A stretch of 64,000 bases of DNA from Rebecca billardiae RCC1528. Lineage: Eukaryota > Protista > Haptophyta. A model generated the notes under the pieces. The model searched no databases, was not told the origin of the DNA, and worked only from the letters and a program-made list of their open reading frames with translations. Made by a program: the position numbers and the translations under genes. The number at the start of each line of letters is the position of its first letter. Positions within the stretch are counted from its first letter, which is position 1. The DNA lies in NCBI GenBank assembly GCA_965240325.2, contig OZ251229.1, positions 682,001 through 746,000 of the forward strand. Direction: 5' to 3'. Below, piece after piece: positions 15,141-27,150 of the stretch.

Positions 15141-16616
15141 TTACGCGGAGAGAGACGGCATGAAGAAGATGTTGCCCTTGCACCACTCGAAGCCCTCCAT
15201 CTCGGCCGCGGCCATCTTGATCTTCGAGACGGAGCACGGCTCGGTGATGATCACGAACATGGCGTCGTTGCGCGACTTGACCTGGTTCTGCAGCATCGAG
15301 TTGATCGAGATGCCGTGCTTCATGCAGATCTCGCCGACGTCGCGGGTGATGCCTACCTCGTCGCGGTAGTTGACGCGCATGTAGAAGGCCGAGGTGTAGT
15401 CGTTCTTGAAAGCGAGGCCGGGCGGCGACTGCCTCGGGAAGGGCGTTGGGCACGTGCCCTGCACAATCTGCAGCAGATCGCTCACACACGAGTTGGCCGT
15501 CGGGAAGCGGCCGGCGCCCTGGCCGACGAGCACCGTCTCTTGCAGGCTCTTCGAGATGATCTGCACGGCGTTGGTCGCGCCGTTGATGCCGTACAGCTGG
15601 TTCTCCTTGGGGACGAAGCACGGCGAGACGAACGCCGAGATGCCGCCGCCGTTGCCGCCCTCGCCCGCGCGCTTGGCGACTCCCAGCAGCTTGATCGTGC
15701 CGCCCTCCATCTTGGCGTACTCGAAGTCGGTGGAGGTGACGTCGGTGATGCCCTTCACCGGGATGTCCGTCTCGTCGACGGAGATGCCGAACGCGAGCTC
15801 CATCAAGATCTTGAGCTTCGAGCGCGCGTCGAAGCCGCCCACGTCGAGCGTCGGGTCGGCCTCGGCGTAGCCCAGCTCGGACGCGCGCTTGAGGCAGTCC
15901 GTGTACGAGCAGCCCGTGTCGGCCATGTTCGAGAGCATGTAGTTGGTGCAGCCGTTGATGATGCCTTGCAGCTCGATCACCTTGTCGCCGAGCAGGTCGC
16001 GCTGCAGCACGTGGATGATCGGGATGCCGCCGCACACCGCCGCCTCGTACCCAAAGTGCACGTGCGTGCCTGGCGCGGCCGCGTTGGCCGCCGCGTGCGC
16101 GGCCGCAATCTCCGGCAAGGCAGCGGCGATGAGCGCCTTGTTGGCGGTGATGACGTGCTTCCCCTTTGCCAGCGCGCGCATCACCACGTCCTTCGCCAGA
16201 TCCGTGCCACCCATGACCTCGATCACAATTTCGACGTCGGGGTCGTCGAGCACGTCGTCGACCGAGGTCGTGAGCTCGCTGCCCGATGGCAGGTTGAAGT
16301 CGCGCGGCTTGGCGATATCGGAGACGCAGATCTTCGGGAACCGAAAGTCGCAGCCCGTGCTCGCGCGAATGGTGTCAGCGTTCTCGCGCAGGATCTCGAT
16401 GATCCCGCCGCCCACCGTGCCTCCGCCGATGAGCCCCACTGTGACCATGCGCGGCGCGGATGCCATGGCGCTCGCCGCCCGTGGCGTGGCTGCTCGCCGG
16501 CTCAACGCGCTCGCGCCCCCCCGCGAGCCCGCCAACGCCGAGGTTGGTCGTGTGGCCGAGGCAGCCACGACGCATGCAAGGGCCAGCGCCGCTGAGGCAA
16601 CACGAGTGCGCGCCAT
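15141..16616 (-). CDS. hom: Homoserine dehydrogenase with a C-terminal ACT domain, probably plastid-targeted
   Basis: Motifs GLIGGGTVGGG, VITANKAL, YEAAVCGGIPII, GIINGCTNY, LGYAEADPTLDVGGFDARSKL, GAGRFPTANS. The start MARTRVASAALALACVVAASA looks like a signal peptide followed by an S/A/R-rich transit peptide. Confidence 0.93.
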   Translation of the reverse strand: MARTRVASAALALACVVAASATRPTSALAGSRGGASALSRRAATPRAASAMASAPRMVTVGLIGGGTVGGGIIEILRENADTIRASTGCDFRFPKICVSDIAKPRDFNLPSGSELTTSVDDVLDDPDVEIVIEVMGGTDLAKDVVMRALAKGKHVITANKALIAAALPEIAAAHAAANAAAPGTHVHFGYEAAVCGGIPIIHVLQRDLLGDKVIELQGIINGCTNYMLSNMADTGCSYTDCLKRASELGYAEADPTLDVGGFDARSKLKILMELAFGISVDETDIPVKGITDVTSTDFEYAKMEGGTIKLLGVAKRAGEGGNGGGISAFVSPCFVPKENQLYGINGATNAVQIISKSLQETVLVGQGAGRFPTANSCVSDLLQIVQGTCPTPFPRQSPPGLAFKNDYTSAFYMRVNYRDEVGITRDVGEICMKHGISINSMLQNQVKSRNDAMFVIITEPCSVSKIKMAAAEMEGFEWCKGNIFFMPSLSA

Positions 16617-16821
16617 CGTCGCTGCCGCCCGGCTTGCGTCGTGGGCAAGGTCGCTTGATAGAACGACGCGACGATAGCAGCGACGAAGAGCTCCGCGCGG
16701 CCGCGCGGCCGCGCTCAAAGGTCCGGGAAGCTGGGAGTCCGGGGGCACGTGTCGGTCCCTCGCCGGACGGCGGGACGGGTGATCGAGATGCGGCGAGATC
16801 GAGACGCGGGCAAGAGCAGCG

Positions 16822-17949
16822 ATGGCGCCTCCTCCGCGGCCGGAAGGGGAAATGAGCTTGAGCGCGCGGACGGCCGCCGCGGGCCAAGATGACGAGGACA
16901 GTGCCGCTGAGCCGAGTTCAGACGAGGAGAGCGATGAAGACCGCCAGCCGGGGAAATGCGAAGGCTGCCGGACCAAGTGTGCGCGAGACCACTCGTGCCC
17001 ACGCTGCCTCGCCGTCTTGCGAGATCCTTCACGCCCGCTGCTGGAGCGTATCGTCGCGGGCGGCTGTTTCCTGCCCGTCATACGCGCCTTTCCACCCGGC
17101 TCCAAGCCGGAAATTGGCCACCTGTCCTTTGAGTCCCGCAAGAAGGGCGTCTACGTCTGGGCGCTCGTCGCCGAGCCTGACACGCGCGAAGGCTGGCTCA
17201 TGCGGCGCGAGCGCTCGTGGGACGGGCTGCTGACGGCCGAGGCCGTGCGGGACAACACGGAGATCACCGTCAAGCTCAAGCCGGTGAATCACGTCGCGGA
17301 GAAGAACGCGACGCTGCACCTCGAGCTGAAGGACGACGGTCGTCTGAAAGGCGAGCTGCTGCCTCCAGCCTACAACGGCCTCAACCAGTCGGGCGGCAAG
17401 AGCCGCGTCCGCGTGCGCCCCGTGTACTTCACGGCGTGGTGCGGCGCGCTGCCGAGGGAGACCCTCCGAGGGCATCGGGAGGAGGGCACGGACGAGCTCC
17501 ATACCGCTGAGGAGGTCGAGCGCGCAGAGGAGGAGCGTGCGGATGCCGAGGCGGATGCGCGCGACGAACGCCGTGCCGCGCTGCAGTTGCCCACAAGCTT
17601 CGATGTGGAGTACGATGGTTTCGGCGGTGCGCGCATGGTGGGGCAGGACGGTAAGTATCTCTCTGACTTCGACTCGGGCGATGAGGAGCGTTTTGCCATG
17701 CTGACGGGCCAGACGAAGGAGCGCAAGGGAGCCGACTGGAGCGGTCGCGGTGGCTACCGGTGCGATGTGTGCGGCCGCCGCTCGGAGAACGTCGGCCCGC
17801 GCCGAGGCTTCGATTATTCCATCTCCATGTGCGGCGGATGCACCGAGCTGAGTGAACCCGAGGACGGTGGCGAGGATGACGGGGTTGAGGACTCGGATGA
17901 GGACTCGGACGACGAGTCCCAGTGCTTTGACTCCGATGATGGCTACTAA
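16822..17949 (+). CDS. Hypothetical protein with CxxC motifs and acidic termini
   Basis: 375-aa ATG-to-TAA ORF with non-repetitive composition. Contains CEGC..C, CPRC, CDVC and CGGC. Divergent from hom. Confidence 0.5.
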   Translation: MAPPPRPEGEMSLSARTAAAGQDDEDSAAEPSSDEESDEDRQPGKCEGCRTKCARDHSCPRCLAVLRDPSRPLLERIVAGGCFLPVIRAFPPGSKPEIGHLSFESRKKGVYVWALVAEPDTREGWLMRRERSWDGLLTAEAVRDNTEITVKLKPVNHVAEKNATLHLELKDDGRLKGELLPPAYNGLNQSGGKSRVRVRPVYFTAWCGALPRETLRGHREEGTDELHTAEEVERAEEERADAEADARDERRAALQLPTSFDVEYDGFGGARMVGQDGKYLSDFDSGDEERFAMLTGQTKERKGADWSGRGGYRCDVCGRRSENVGPRRGFDYSISMCGGCTELSEPEDGGEDDGVEDSDEDSDDESQCFDSDDGY

Positions 17950-18576
17950 CCCGTAACCGACTGAGTACTATCGCGCTTCAGCCAGTCATACGGTACGCCT
18001 ACGGACTGCGCCTGCTGTGTCCGAGTGTGTGTCATCAGTTCTCGTCTGTGAGACTGAGTGTTAGTTATTATAGCTAGTGTAAAGTGTTTAGCGCCGCGAA
18101 TTTTTATTAAATAAAGCAATAACTAGGTTAAGGCTCCGGCTCCGCGGTCCGCACCACTACCCGCCCCGAGCTCCGTTCACCGGTCCCGGTTGGCCCCGAG
18201 CCGAAGTCATTATATATTAATTAGTCAACCAAGGCCAAGCGGACCATGCAGCCCAAGGCCAAGCGGACCATGCAGCAGCGAGTCCCTTCCGACGACCCCC
18301 GTCAATCGTCATTGATGAGTCCTTCATCAACGCGAGAATAAATGTCGCATCCGACCACCTCCCAATAGGTTGAGACTCTATTTTACTATATGTATTTACC
18401 GCCCGTCCCTTCTTATTAATACTCCAGATTTATTTCAGCGCAATCCGGGAGCGTTCCGGACACCTGTATATATACATATATTTATGCAAAAATGGTACCC
18501 GGGCTGGGTATTTAGTCATAGAAAATAGAGTCTGAACCTGTTAGAGGTGTAGCTGATGATCCGCCGATCTGCCGTA

Positions 18577-19634
18577 GGAGTGCACTCGAGCGAAAACGTG
18601 CCAGGCTAGGCATGCGCGGCCCAGTGCGGGCTAGGCATCGGGGGCGATGCCTAGCCCGGCCAGGCTAGGCATTCGCCCATACCCTCGCGTCGTCAGAACT
18701 TTCGGAAACGAAAGTCGCGCAAAGGCGGCCCCGGTCTTCTTTCACGGCGGCGCAAGGGGCGCGGGGGCGCTGGCTCGCGATCCGAAGGGCAGTCGCTCGC
18801 GACCTCGCTTGGGCGGCGGCAGCGGCGCTGCGGCATACTGTTTGCCACCCGCGCGGCTGTGTGCGATCGCGCGGTCCCGTTCGTCGCCACGCCGCGCGCG
18901 ACCGTTCACGGCACAGTCTTTCCGCACTGTGAGCACCCCTTGCCAGCGCACGGCGGCGGAGAGCCCAGACAGCCCGTCACGCGCGCGACGTCCTTGTGGG
19001 ATGCGATGTACTCACCCTAATGCTAGCATGCGCCTGCGTTTTGGTGAGCCTGTTCAGCATCCAGACCACTCTCTACTGCTGCAAGATGAGTCATCGTCTG
19101 CCAATCGGTCAACGAGGCATGGACAGCGCAGCAGTCGTCCATGATCCTCTTGCCCACCCCGTGGGCAAGCGCATGCCTCCGGGAACCCAAAGAACCTGGG
19201 TACATCGCATCCCACAAGGACGTCGCGCGCGTGACGGGCTGTCTGGGCTCTCCGCCGCCGTGCGCTGGCAAGGGGTGCTCACAGTGCGGAAAGACTGTGC
19301 CGTGAACGGTCGCGCGCGGCGTGGCGACGAACGGGACCGCGCGATCGCACACAGCCGCGCGGGTGGCAAACAGTATGCCGCAGCGCCGCTGCCGCCGCCC
19401 AAGCGAGGTCGCGAGCGACTGCCCTTCGGATCGCGAGCCAGCGCCCCCGCGCCCCTTGCGCCGCCGTGAAAGAAGACCGGGGCCGCCTTTGCGCGACTTT
19501 CGTTTCCGAAAGTTCTGAAGACGCGAGGGTATGGGCGAATGCCTAGCCTGGCCGGGCTAGGCATCGCCCCCGATGCCTAGCCCGCACTGGGCCGCGCATG
19601 CCTAGCCTGGCACGTTTTCGCTCGAGTGCACTCC
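18577..19634. mobile_element. 1058-bp foldback element with 435-bp TIRs and a 3-bp TSD (GTA); PIF/Harbinger-like geometry
   Basis: Arms 18577-19011 and 19200-19634 are near-perfect reverse complements around a 188-bp spacer. GG...CC termini, with gta on both flanks. Confidence 0.9.
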
Positions 19635-19885
19635 GTAGGTAGTATCGTCTGACAAGGTCAAGGGCCCCACCTCACTCCTCTGAGTCACTGACACTGGCGT
19701 CACTGCGGGGCACGGCCACGGTCTCGGCGGTCCGTGCCCGCGGCCTGGGCCCTCAAGTGAGTCCGAATCATCCGACTCAGCGACAACATTGGCAGACAGT
19801 TCCAGTCGGCGGGCACCTCCTCGACCCCCCCCCCCCCCCGGCGCAGCCGCTGGGACCGGCATCGGAAGGCCTGCTAAATATGGGC

Positions 19886-21411
19886 CTACGCCTGCGCCTT
19901 CGCGGCCTTCTGCTTCTTGGCCGCCTTCGACTGCGGCACCTTGAGCACCGGCACAGCGCCGCGTGGCGCAAACCCCATTGCATCTTGCGCCCAGCTGAGC
20001 GTCTGATCAGCCACCTCGCTCGCTGCCTGCGCACCGTCGTCAAGGACGGACTGCAAGTAGGCCGGGTCGGCGGCGAGCTCCGCATAGCGCTTCTGGATGG
20101 GCTCCAAGTGGCTGACAAGGGCATCTGCGCGGCGGCGGCGCGGCGCGAGCCCCGCGTCGTTTAGCCTCGAGCTGTCCGTGCGTGGGGCGCAAGGGCGGGC
20201 CGTCTCGCGCGCGAACACACCGGTCAGCCGCGGCTTGAAGTCGCCCCAGCCCATCCCCTCCACCTCCTGCATCGCCTCCTCGAGCGACATCCCGCTCATC
20301 GCCATGTAGATGTTGAGCAGGTTGGTCGCCTCGGGCCGCTCTGGGTCGCCGTACGTCATGCCGCGCACCGAGTCGGTTTTGCACTTCTTGACCTTCTGCG
20401 CGATGACGTCTGGCGGATCGAGCATGTCGATGCGCGAGAGCTCCGATTCCGCCGACTTGGACATCTTCGCCGTGCCGTCCTGCAGGCTCATGATGCGCGC
20501 CGCCTCCTTCATGATGAGGGACTCCGGCTCGCGGAACGTGCGCCGCCTGCCGCCGCGCCAGAAGCAAGCGCGCGTGCGCAGGGATGGCCCCGGTCAGACG
20601 CGCGCGGCGCGACGGAGGGCACGCGGGCGCGCGCCAACGCGCGAGAGCGCGCGACGCAGCCGAGCCCACGCCGGACCGGCCCCGCGAGCGCGCACTTGCG
20701 CTTGCAGTACAGGTCGTGGAAGCGTCGCGCGATGTCGCGCGTCAGCTCGAGGTGCTGCCGCTGGTCCTCGCCCACCGGCACGAGGTCGGCCTGGTAGAGC
20801 AGGATGTCGGCGGCCATCAGCACGGGATAGTCGAAGAGCCCGACGGCCACGCTCTCGCCCTGCTTGATCGCCTTCTCCTTGAACTGGATCATCTTCTCGA
20901 GCCAGTTGATCGGAGTCATGCAGTTGAGGAGCCACGTCAGCTCGGCATGCGCGCGCACGTGCGACTGCACGAAGACGTTCGAGCGGGTCGGGTCGATGCC
21001 GCACGCGAGGTAGAGCGCGGCCGTGCGGTACGTGCTCTCCGCGAGCTCCTTCGGCTTGTGCGGCACCGTCACCGCGTGCAGGTCGACCACGCAGAAGAAG
21101 TTGTCGTAGTCGTCCTGCATCTTCACCCACTGACGAATCGCGCCAAGGTAGTTGCCGATGTGGATGGTGCCGGTGGGCTGCACGCCAGAGAGCACGCGCT
21201 TGCGTCGTGCGCTCTCGCCCGGAGCGCCCTGCGCCTCGGCCGCCGGCGCGTCCGTCCCGCTGCTCGAGCATGCACGCACGCGCCCAGCCGCTGGCTGCAC
21301 GCGGGCGGCCGCGGTCGCGAGCGGCGCGCTCACCAGCGGCGCGCTCCATGCCGACGCGAGCGCGTGCGCCGCGCGCACGTGTAGGCACGCCGGACGCGCG
21401 ACGAGCAGCAT
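19886..21411 (-). CDS. trpS: Tryptophanyl-tRNA synthetase, bacterial/organellar type; exons 21411-20696, 20546-20221, 20124-19886
   Basis: Motifs [46 protein letters not shown] and KMSKS. Two GT-AG introns. N-terminal targeting extension; the exact start is uncertain (alternative ATG at 21462). Confidence 0.93.
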
Positions 21412-21704
21412 GGCACCCACCAGCCGCACTCGCCGCGCGGTGAGCCCCAGTGTCGCGCCCATCAAGTGAGGCACAGCCACGTCCACGGAGCGGCCTGCTG
21501 AATCGCGACTGCCCAGGCCGGCGTGCCGGTCTGTCGCCGAAAGTTCGGGCAATCAGCCATCCGGATTTGAGATTCCGGAAGAGCCGTGAGCAACCTGGGT
21601 ACTCGCCCGTTCAGGCGGCGGCATTCGGTCGGCACCCAGACGCGTTCATCATCATTCGCCATCAGGATCGCGTCGTGATCGCCGCGCCGAGCGTGCTGTG
21701 CGTG

Positions 21705-22067
21705 ATGCAGTTCAGGCACGCGTGGGCGTTGTGCACGGTGGCGTGCCTGGCACTCTGCGTGCCGGGCGCAGAGGCGTTCGTGGCGCCTCCGCGGGCTGTG
21801 GTGCCACGCGTCGCGCCTCGCGCGGCGCCTGCCCGCATCACGATGATGGGCAACCCGGCGCCGGAGGGGCCGTTCACGCCCATCGTGCTCTTCTCTAAGG
21901 ATCTCATCGGCGAGAAGCGGTTCAACAAGATCCGCGGCAAGCTGATCACGTACCACTCGCAGGTGATTGGGTACTTCTGCTCGTACACCGGCACCCCGCG
22001 AAAAATGAACCAGCTCCTCATCAAGAAGGCCAAGCAAACGGGCGGCCGCCTCGGATTCCTCAACTGA
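21705..22067 (+). CDS. PGR5: Proton gradient regulation 5 protein, plastid-targeted
   Basis: GPFTPIV..KDLIGEKRFNKIRGKLITYHSQVI..FC...LIKKAKQTGGRLGFL matches the PGR5 consensus. The signal peptide ends in AEA-FVAP (ASAFAP-type). Confidence 0.92.
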   Translation: MQFRHAWALCTVACLALCVPGAEAFVAPPRAVVPRVAPRAAPARITMMGNPAPEGPFTPIVLFSKDLIGEKRFNKIRGKLITYHSQVIGYFCSYTGTPRKMNQLLIKKAKQTGGRLGFLN

Positions 22068-22625
22068 GCTCTGGACCGTCAGCCCACGGGTCGCGAGGTC
22101 CACCCTGTCCGCCGTGCCCGCCGCATCCTCGCCGAGGTGGGTCGGGTGGCTCTCGTTGGCGCTCATCTGAATCTGCGCGTCGAACGCGCTGCTGTCGAGC
22201 GCCTCTCCCTCGAGATGGGTGCCGAACGAGCAAGCCGCAGGCTCACACGATCCCTCGCCGCACGTCGGGAACGGCGCACGTCTGCGATTTGCGAAGAGCA
22301 CGTCCCACGGCAGCGGCTTGCAGCGCAGCCCTGGCGGATGAGGCTGTTGCTTCAAGACCGCTGGCGCAGCGCATGGCATCGTGCCATGCGGGTGTCGCCC
22401 ATACTGCCGAGCGCGGCGGGATGGCTCGGGCCCGCTCAGTTAGACCGTAGTCCGTACCAGTTGACTGAAATCTGAATCATTGATGTGCTTCGGACAGTTA
22501 CGACGTCAACTACGGTGCTGATATGCTGATGCTCAGGGTGTGAGTAAGCTAAAGATATACAGCGCTGCGGCGTCAGCGGCTAGCTTCGACTGCCACTGCG
22601 TCTCTGCGACCACCATATCAGATCA

Positions 22626-22650
22626 CGATATATGTATATATATGTGTATG

Positions 22651-22681
<31 letters not shown>
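22626..22681. repeat. TA/TG-rich microsatellite
   Basis: Visible dinucleotide run. Confidence 0.85.
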
Positions 22682-24047
22682 TTAACGACGTGGCAGCATC
22701 GGACTGAAGCGTCAGGCTCAGAGTGCAACAGACACATATATACTCCGAGTCCGCGCGGCTCTGACGCGGTCCCCGAGTGCGACTGCGCCATGCCCGCTGA
22801 TAGAGTGCGATGCCAGCCGCAGCAGCCAGTCAGTGAGTGAGTCAGCATCAATTCCGACTGGCAGCCCCGAACACGGCGTGCGGCGGGCGGGCGCCGGAGC
22901 CCGGACGATCCGACTCGGATCAGCGCCATCATGATTCTCACCGTGGCCCGCCATAGGCATAGGCCCGCGCATAGCTAGTCAGTTCCCGAGTCAGTCTGCT
23001 CAATCAGTCAATGCTCTCTATTGACTCTCTGCACGGACACGGGTCTCTCGCTAGTCGCTATAGTAATAGTTGCTCTACCGTTGGCTGCTGCCGCGCTCAG
23101 CACTGTCCGAGTGGCGAGTGCTGTGGCCTCTGGTCCTAATTGACGGATGTCGGGATGAGCGTGCAGGCCGGCTCAGGGACACTGCTGACACTGCACACAC
23201 ACAGCACACTGGCACTGTCCCTGAGCCGCGCGCCAGCGGTGCCGCCGCGTCGTCGTCGCAGCCCAGCGGCAGTGACTGGTGAGTGGACGTCATCAAGTAG
23301 TGACAGGCCTCAATGGCGAATCGGCATCGCCATCGGCATCGCGGACAGAGAGAGACTGGAGAGTACGTCGGACAGTGACAGCCGGAAAGCCTCTCTTCGA
23401 AGTCTATCGCGATTTGGGCAGCCGACGAGCTGTCCCGCGGGGCTGCGGCGCGAGCTCTGACTGACTTGCTGTCTTGTCACGTGGACCGCGCAGGGGAGAT
23501 ACATGCCAACGGTGACTCAGAGGTCTGACGACATGCGCAGCAGCCGTCCTCGTCACTTCCTCGCTTGCCGACGGCCGTTAGCTCTGACTTTGACTCGGAT
23601 CAGCCGGGTTGCCCTGCGGTCACTGGATGCCAGTCGGATACTGTAACAAAGCAGCTGATGACGACGAATATTTTCAACTACGACGCGCGGCGGCGATAAT
23701 AATAATGATGAACGCCGTTATTGCCATCGCGTCAGGACTAGCTCAGCTGGTCACGCGCCTCACGGCTGCGCCGCACGTGGCCGTAGTCGAACTGGCGGTA
23801 ATAATTGGCAGCATCGTATCGGGCCGCGGGCAGGCGGTGCCCAGCCTGAGGCCACGAGGTCACGACGAGACCGGGGCCACAGGGCTCACCCGGTCCCGGA
23901 TTACTCCTATTCCTAAGGCGGCGGCTGACGTTGCGGATGAGGCGGCCAATGATGAGCAGCGTGACGACAGCTGCAGGAGCAAGTGATATGACCGCCGTCG
24001 ATTACTCGTCAATGTCATACGGTATAGCTCTCGATCGACCCGATCGA

Positions 24048-24171
<124 letters not shown>

Positions 24172-24211
24172 GCGACACACCGAGCATGACTCGAGTGGCA
24201 CGTCGTCGCAG

Positions 24212-25390
24212 TCAGCGGCCTGCATACCGGCCACGGGGTCCGGCGTGGAGGGCGGCAGCCTGATTTCCTGCCACCTCTGCACTCTGTCGCAGCGCACGCT
24301 GCAGCTCGCGTTCCTCGCGTCGGCGTGCGTCACGCTCGGACGCGGCGAGCGCGCGGCTTAGGTCCGCGACTTCGTCATCGTGCGCCGCGCCATGAGCTCC
24401 ACCTCGCGCGCGCGGCGCTCGCCGCTCAGGGCCAGCGCCCCCTGCGCCTCCAAGCTGAACGACCCGGAGCCCGTCGCCGTCGCGCACGCGCACCGCCGGC
24501 GCGCCAGCGCGGTGACCATCTGCAGCCATGGCACGCAGCGCGTTCTGTAGGAGCGCCTGCATTGGCACGCTCATGCCCGCGCCCGGACCGAGCGCCGGGA
24601 GCGCACCACCGCCGCCGCCGAGGCCACCGAAGCGGCCGATGCCGTCCAGGCCGCCGGCCAGCTCTGGGCGAGCTGGTGGTGCCGCGGAGGCCGTAGGCGC
24701 CACCGCCGGGAGGCCGCACGTGCGGCAGATGCTGTTGCACCGGTGGGTCTGCAGGAATCGGCGGATCCCCGAGGGGCCGAGGTTTCCTGCGCCAAAGCCT
24801 CTGCAGTCCGCGGAGTGCACCTGGGGATCCTGCGGAAAGGCGGGACCGCGCGTGGCGCCCGCAGCGCCGAGTTGAGCCCGTCGCGCTGCGCGCTTGCGCG
24901 CTTGCACGCGCTTTTGTGCGGCGCCGCGCGTGGGCACAACTCGGGGCTCGCGCCGCACGCGCTTGGCGAGCGTGCGCACCGTGTACAGCGAGCCTCCTAC
25001 GCCCTGAATGTCCACAATGACGAGCTGCTCGCACGACTCAGCGTACGTGAAGTGCGAGAACGCTGCTGCGCACGCGTTGGCATCGAAGACGTGGCCCGTG
25101 TTGTCGTTGTGCTTTGCGTACGCGCCGTCGAGCAGCGGCTCGACAGTGCACGTCGGCCTGCCCGGCCGGTCAACGAGCTCGAGCACCTGCGCCACGACGA
25201 AGGCCACTTTGGCATCGGCGGGGGAACGTCTGTTGAACTGCTGCGCGTACGCCTCAGCAATCATCTGCATGCGACAGTCGGCAAAGTGCTGCGACCGCGC
25301 CTTCTCACCCTCGGCGATGGTCGAGAACTTGGCGACCGCGTCGGTGAAGCCGCCCGACTCCATCTCCCACATGCGGTGCGCCTTGCGCAT
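24212..25390 (-). CDS. Alpha-kinase (eEF2K/MHCK family) with C-terminal UIM-like motifs; intron 24830-24979; true 5' end uncertain
   Basis: Motifs (FARGG)MRKAH, VAKF, VEPLLDGAYAKHNDNTG, AFSHFTY, IVDIQGV..YT|DPQVH, FGAGNLGPSGIRRF and HRCNSIC. Confidence 0.88.
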   Translation of the reverse strand: MRKAHRMWEMESGGFTDAVAKFSTIAEGEKARSQHFADCRMQMIAEAYAQQFNRRSPADAKVAFVVAQVLELVDRPGRPTCTVEPLLDGAYAKHNDNTGHVFDANACAAAFSHFTYAESCEQLVIVDIQGVGGSLYTVRTLAKRVRREPRVVPTRGAAQKRVQARKRAARRAQLGAAGATRGPAFPQDPQVHSADCRGFGAGNLGPSGIRRFLQTHRCNSICRTCGLPAVAPTASAAPPARPELAGGLDGIGRFGGLGGGGGALPALGPGAGMSVPMQALLQNALRAMAADGHRAGAPAVRVRDGDGLRVVQLGGAGGAGPERRAPRARGGAHGAAHDDEVADLSRALAASERDARRREERELQRALRQSAEVAGNQAAALHAGPRGRYAGR

Positions 25391-25483
25391 GCCTCCACGC
25401 GCGAAGCTGCTCGGGTCGATGCGTCTTGACCACGCTCGGCGTGTCGCGGCCGGACTGCGGCCGCCGAGGCGCCGACCGGCCAG

Positions 25484-26175
25484 ATGGAGGGCGCGGCGCC
25501 TTTCGAGCGCCTGAGCGAGCTCGGGCGCGATGAGTCGAGCGCGCCGCTCGTGTACGTCGTGGCCTCAGCCTTCATGCTCGCCATCGGTGTGATGGTCGGC
25601 CACGCGGACGGCATGCTCAGCGGCTCGCTGCCATCGCTTCAGCGCTTTTACCTCGCGTCCGGCCGGCTCTCTGTCGGGCTGGGCGCGGCGTCGCTGGTGG
25701 CGTCGCTCACGTCGTCGGGGATGATCAACGGCACGGCGTCGACCATCTCCACACCTGGGCAGGGCGTCCTGTGGGCGTTCGGCCCGTGCATGTGGTCCCT
25801 CTCGGTCGCGCTGGGCTTCCCGATGCTGGCTCGCAGCATGGTGCGCGCCGGGCACGCCACGGTGATCGACCCGCTGCAGGCGCGGCTGGGCGTGTGGCTC
25901 GGCGGCGCGCACATACTCATGTACATTTTCTCCAACGTGCTCTGGGTCGCGGCTATCCTCAGCGCACTCGGCGAGACGGCCGCGGTCGTGACGCGGCGCG
26001 GCCGCACGCTGTGCCTAACGCTGGCCGTGCTCGTCTCGATTGGTTACACGCTCGTGGGCGGGCTGCGCACGGTGGCCATCACAGACGCGGTGCAGCTCGG
26101 GCTTCTGGTGGGCGGTCTCGGCATCGTGCTTCCGTTCGCCCTCACGCACCCGCACGTGAGCCGTGTGTGGGAGTA
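25484..26175 (+). pseudogene. 5' half of a Na+:solute symporter (SLC5A7/CHT1 choline-transporter-like), interrupted by the viral insertion
   Basis: Motifs GMINGTA, TVIDPLQARLG, LWVAAILSALG, YTLVGGLRTVAITDAVQL and PFALTHP. The frame then runs into terminal repeats. Confidence 0.88.
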
Positions 26176-27150
26176 TACGGTGCCGCCACCCCACCCCGCC
26201 TCCCCAGCCCTCCCCCAGCCCTCGTCCCTGATTCTCAGTCGAGCCACGTCGAGCCACATCGAGCCACATCGAGCCACGTCGAGCCACGTCGAGCCACATC
26301 GAGCCACGTCGAGCCACCCCACCGCCACCCCACCCCGCCTCCCCAGCCCTCCCCCAGCCCTCGTCCCTGATTCTCAGTCGAGCCACGTCGAGCCACATCG
26401 AGCCACATCGAGCCACGTCGAGCCACGTCGAGCCACATCGAGCCACGTCGAGCCACCCCACCGCCACCCCACCCCGCCTCCCCAGCCCTCCCCAGCCCTC
26501 GTCCCTGATTCTCAGTCGAGCCACGTCGAGCCACATCGAGCCACATCGAGCCACGTCGAGCCACGTCGAGCCACATCGAGCCACGTCGAGCCACCCCACC
26601 GCCACCCCACCCCGCCTCCCCAGCCCTCCCCCGAGCCTACGACTCATCATCCCTGATTCTCAGACGAGCCACGTCGAGCCACGTCGAGCCACATCGAGCC
26701 ACATCGAGCCACGTCGAGCCACATCGAGCCACGTCGAGCCACGTCGAGCCACGTCGAGCCACGTCGAGCCACGTCGAGCCACGTCGAGCCACATCGAGCC
26801 ACGTCGAGCCACGTCGAGCCACATCGAGCCACGTCGAGCCACCCCACCGCCACCCCACCCCGCCTCCCCAGCCCTCCCCAGCCCTCGTCCCTGATTCTCA
26901 GTCGAGCCACGTCGAGCCACATCGAGCCACATCGAGCCACGTCGAGCCACATCGAGCCACGTCGAGCCACGTCGAGCCACGTCGAGCCACGTCGAGCCAC
27001 GTCGAGCCACGTCGAGCCACGTCGAGCCACGTCGAGCCACCCCGCCGCCACCCCACCCCGCCTCCCCAGCCCTCCCCAGCCCTCCCCAGCCCTCCCCAGC
27101 CCTCCCCAGCCCTCCTCCGAGCCTTCGTCATCCCCGATTCTCAGTCGACC
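26176..27150 (+). repeat. Left terminal inverted repeat: C-rich blocks alternating with TCGAGCCAC(G/A) 10-mer arrays
   Basis: The block ccgccaccccaccccgcctccccagccct recurs at about 26183, 26322, 26461, 26599, 26847 and 27045, with 10-mer arrays between them. Confidence 0.92.

Noticed and set aside
16617-17141. Extended N-terminus of homoserine dehydrogenase in the ORF track
   Set aside because: It uses a non-ATG start and overlaps the opposite gene. The ATG at 16616 begins a credible signal peptide.
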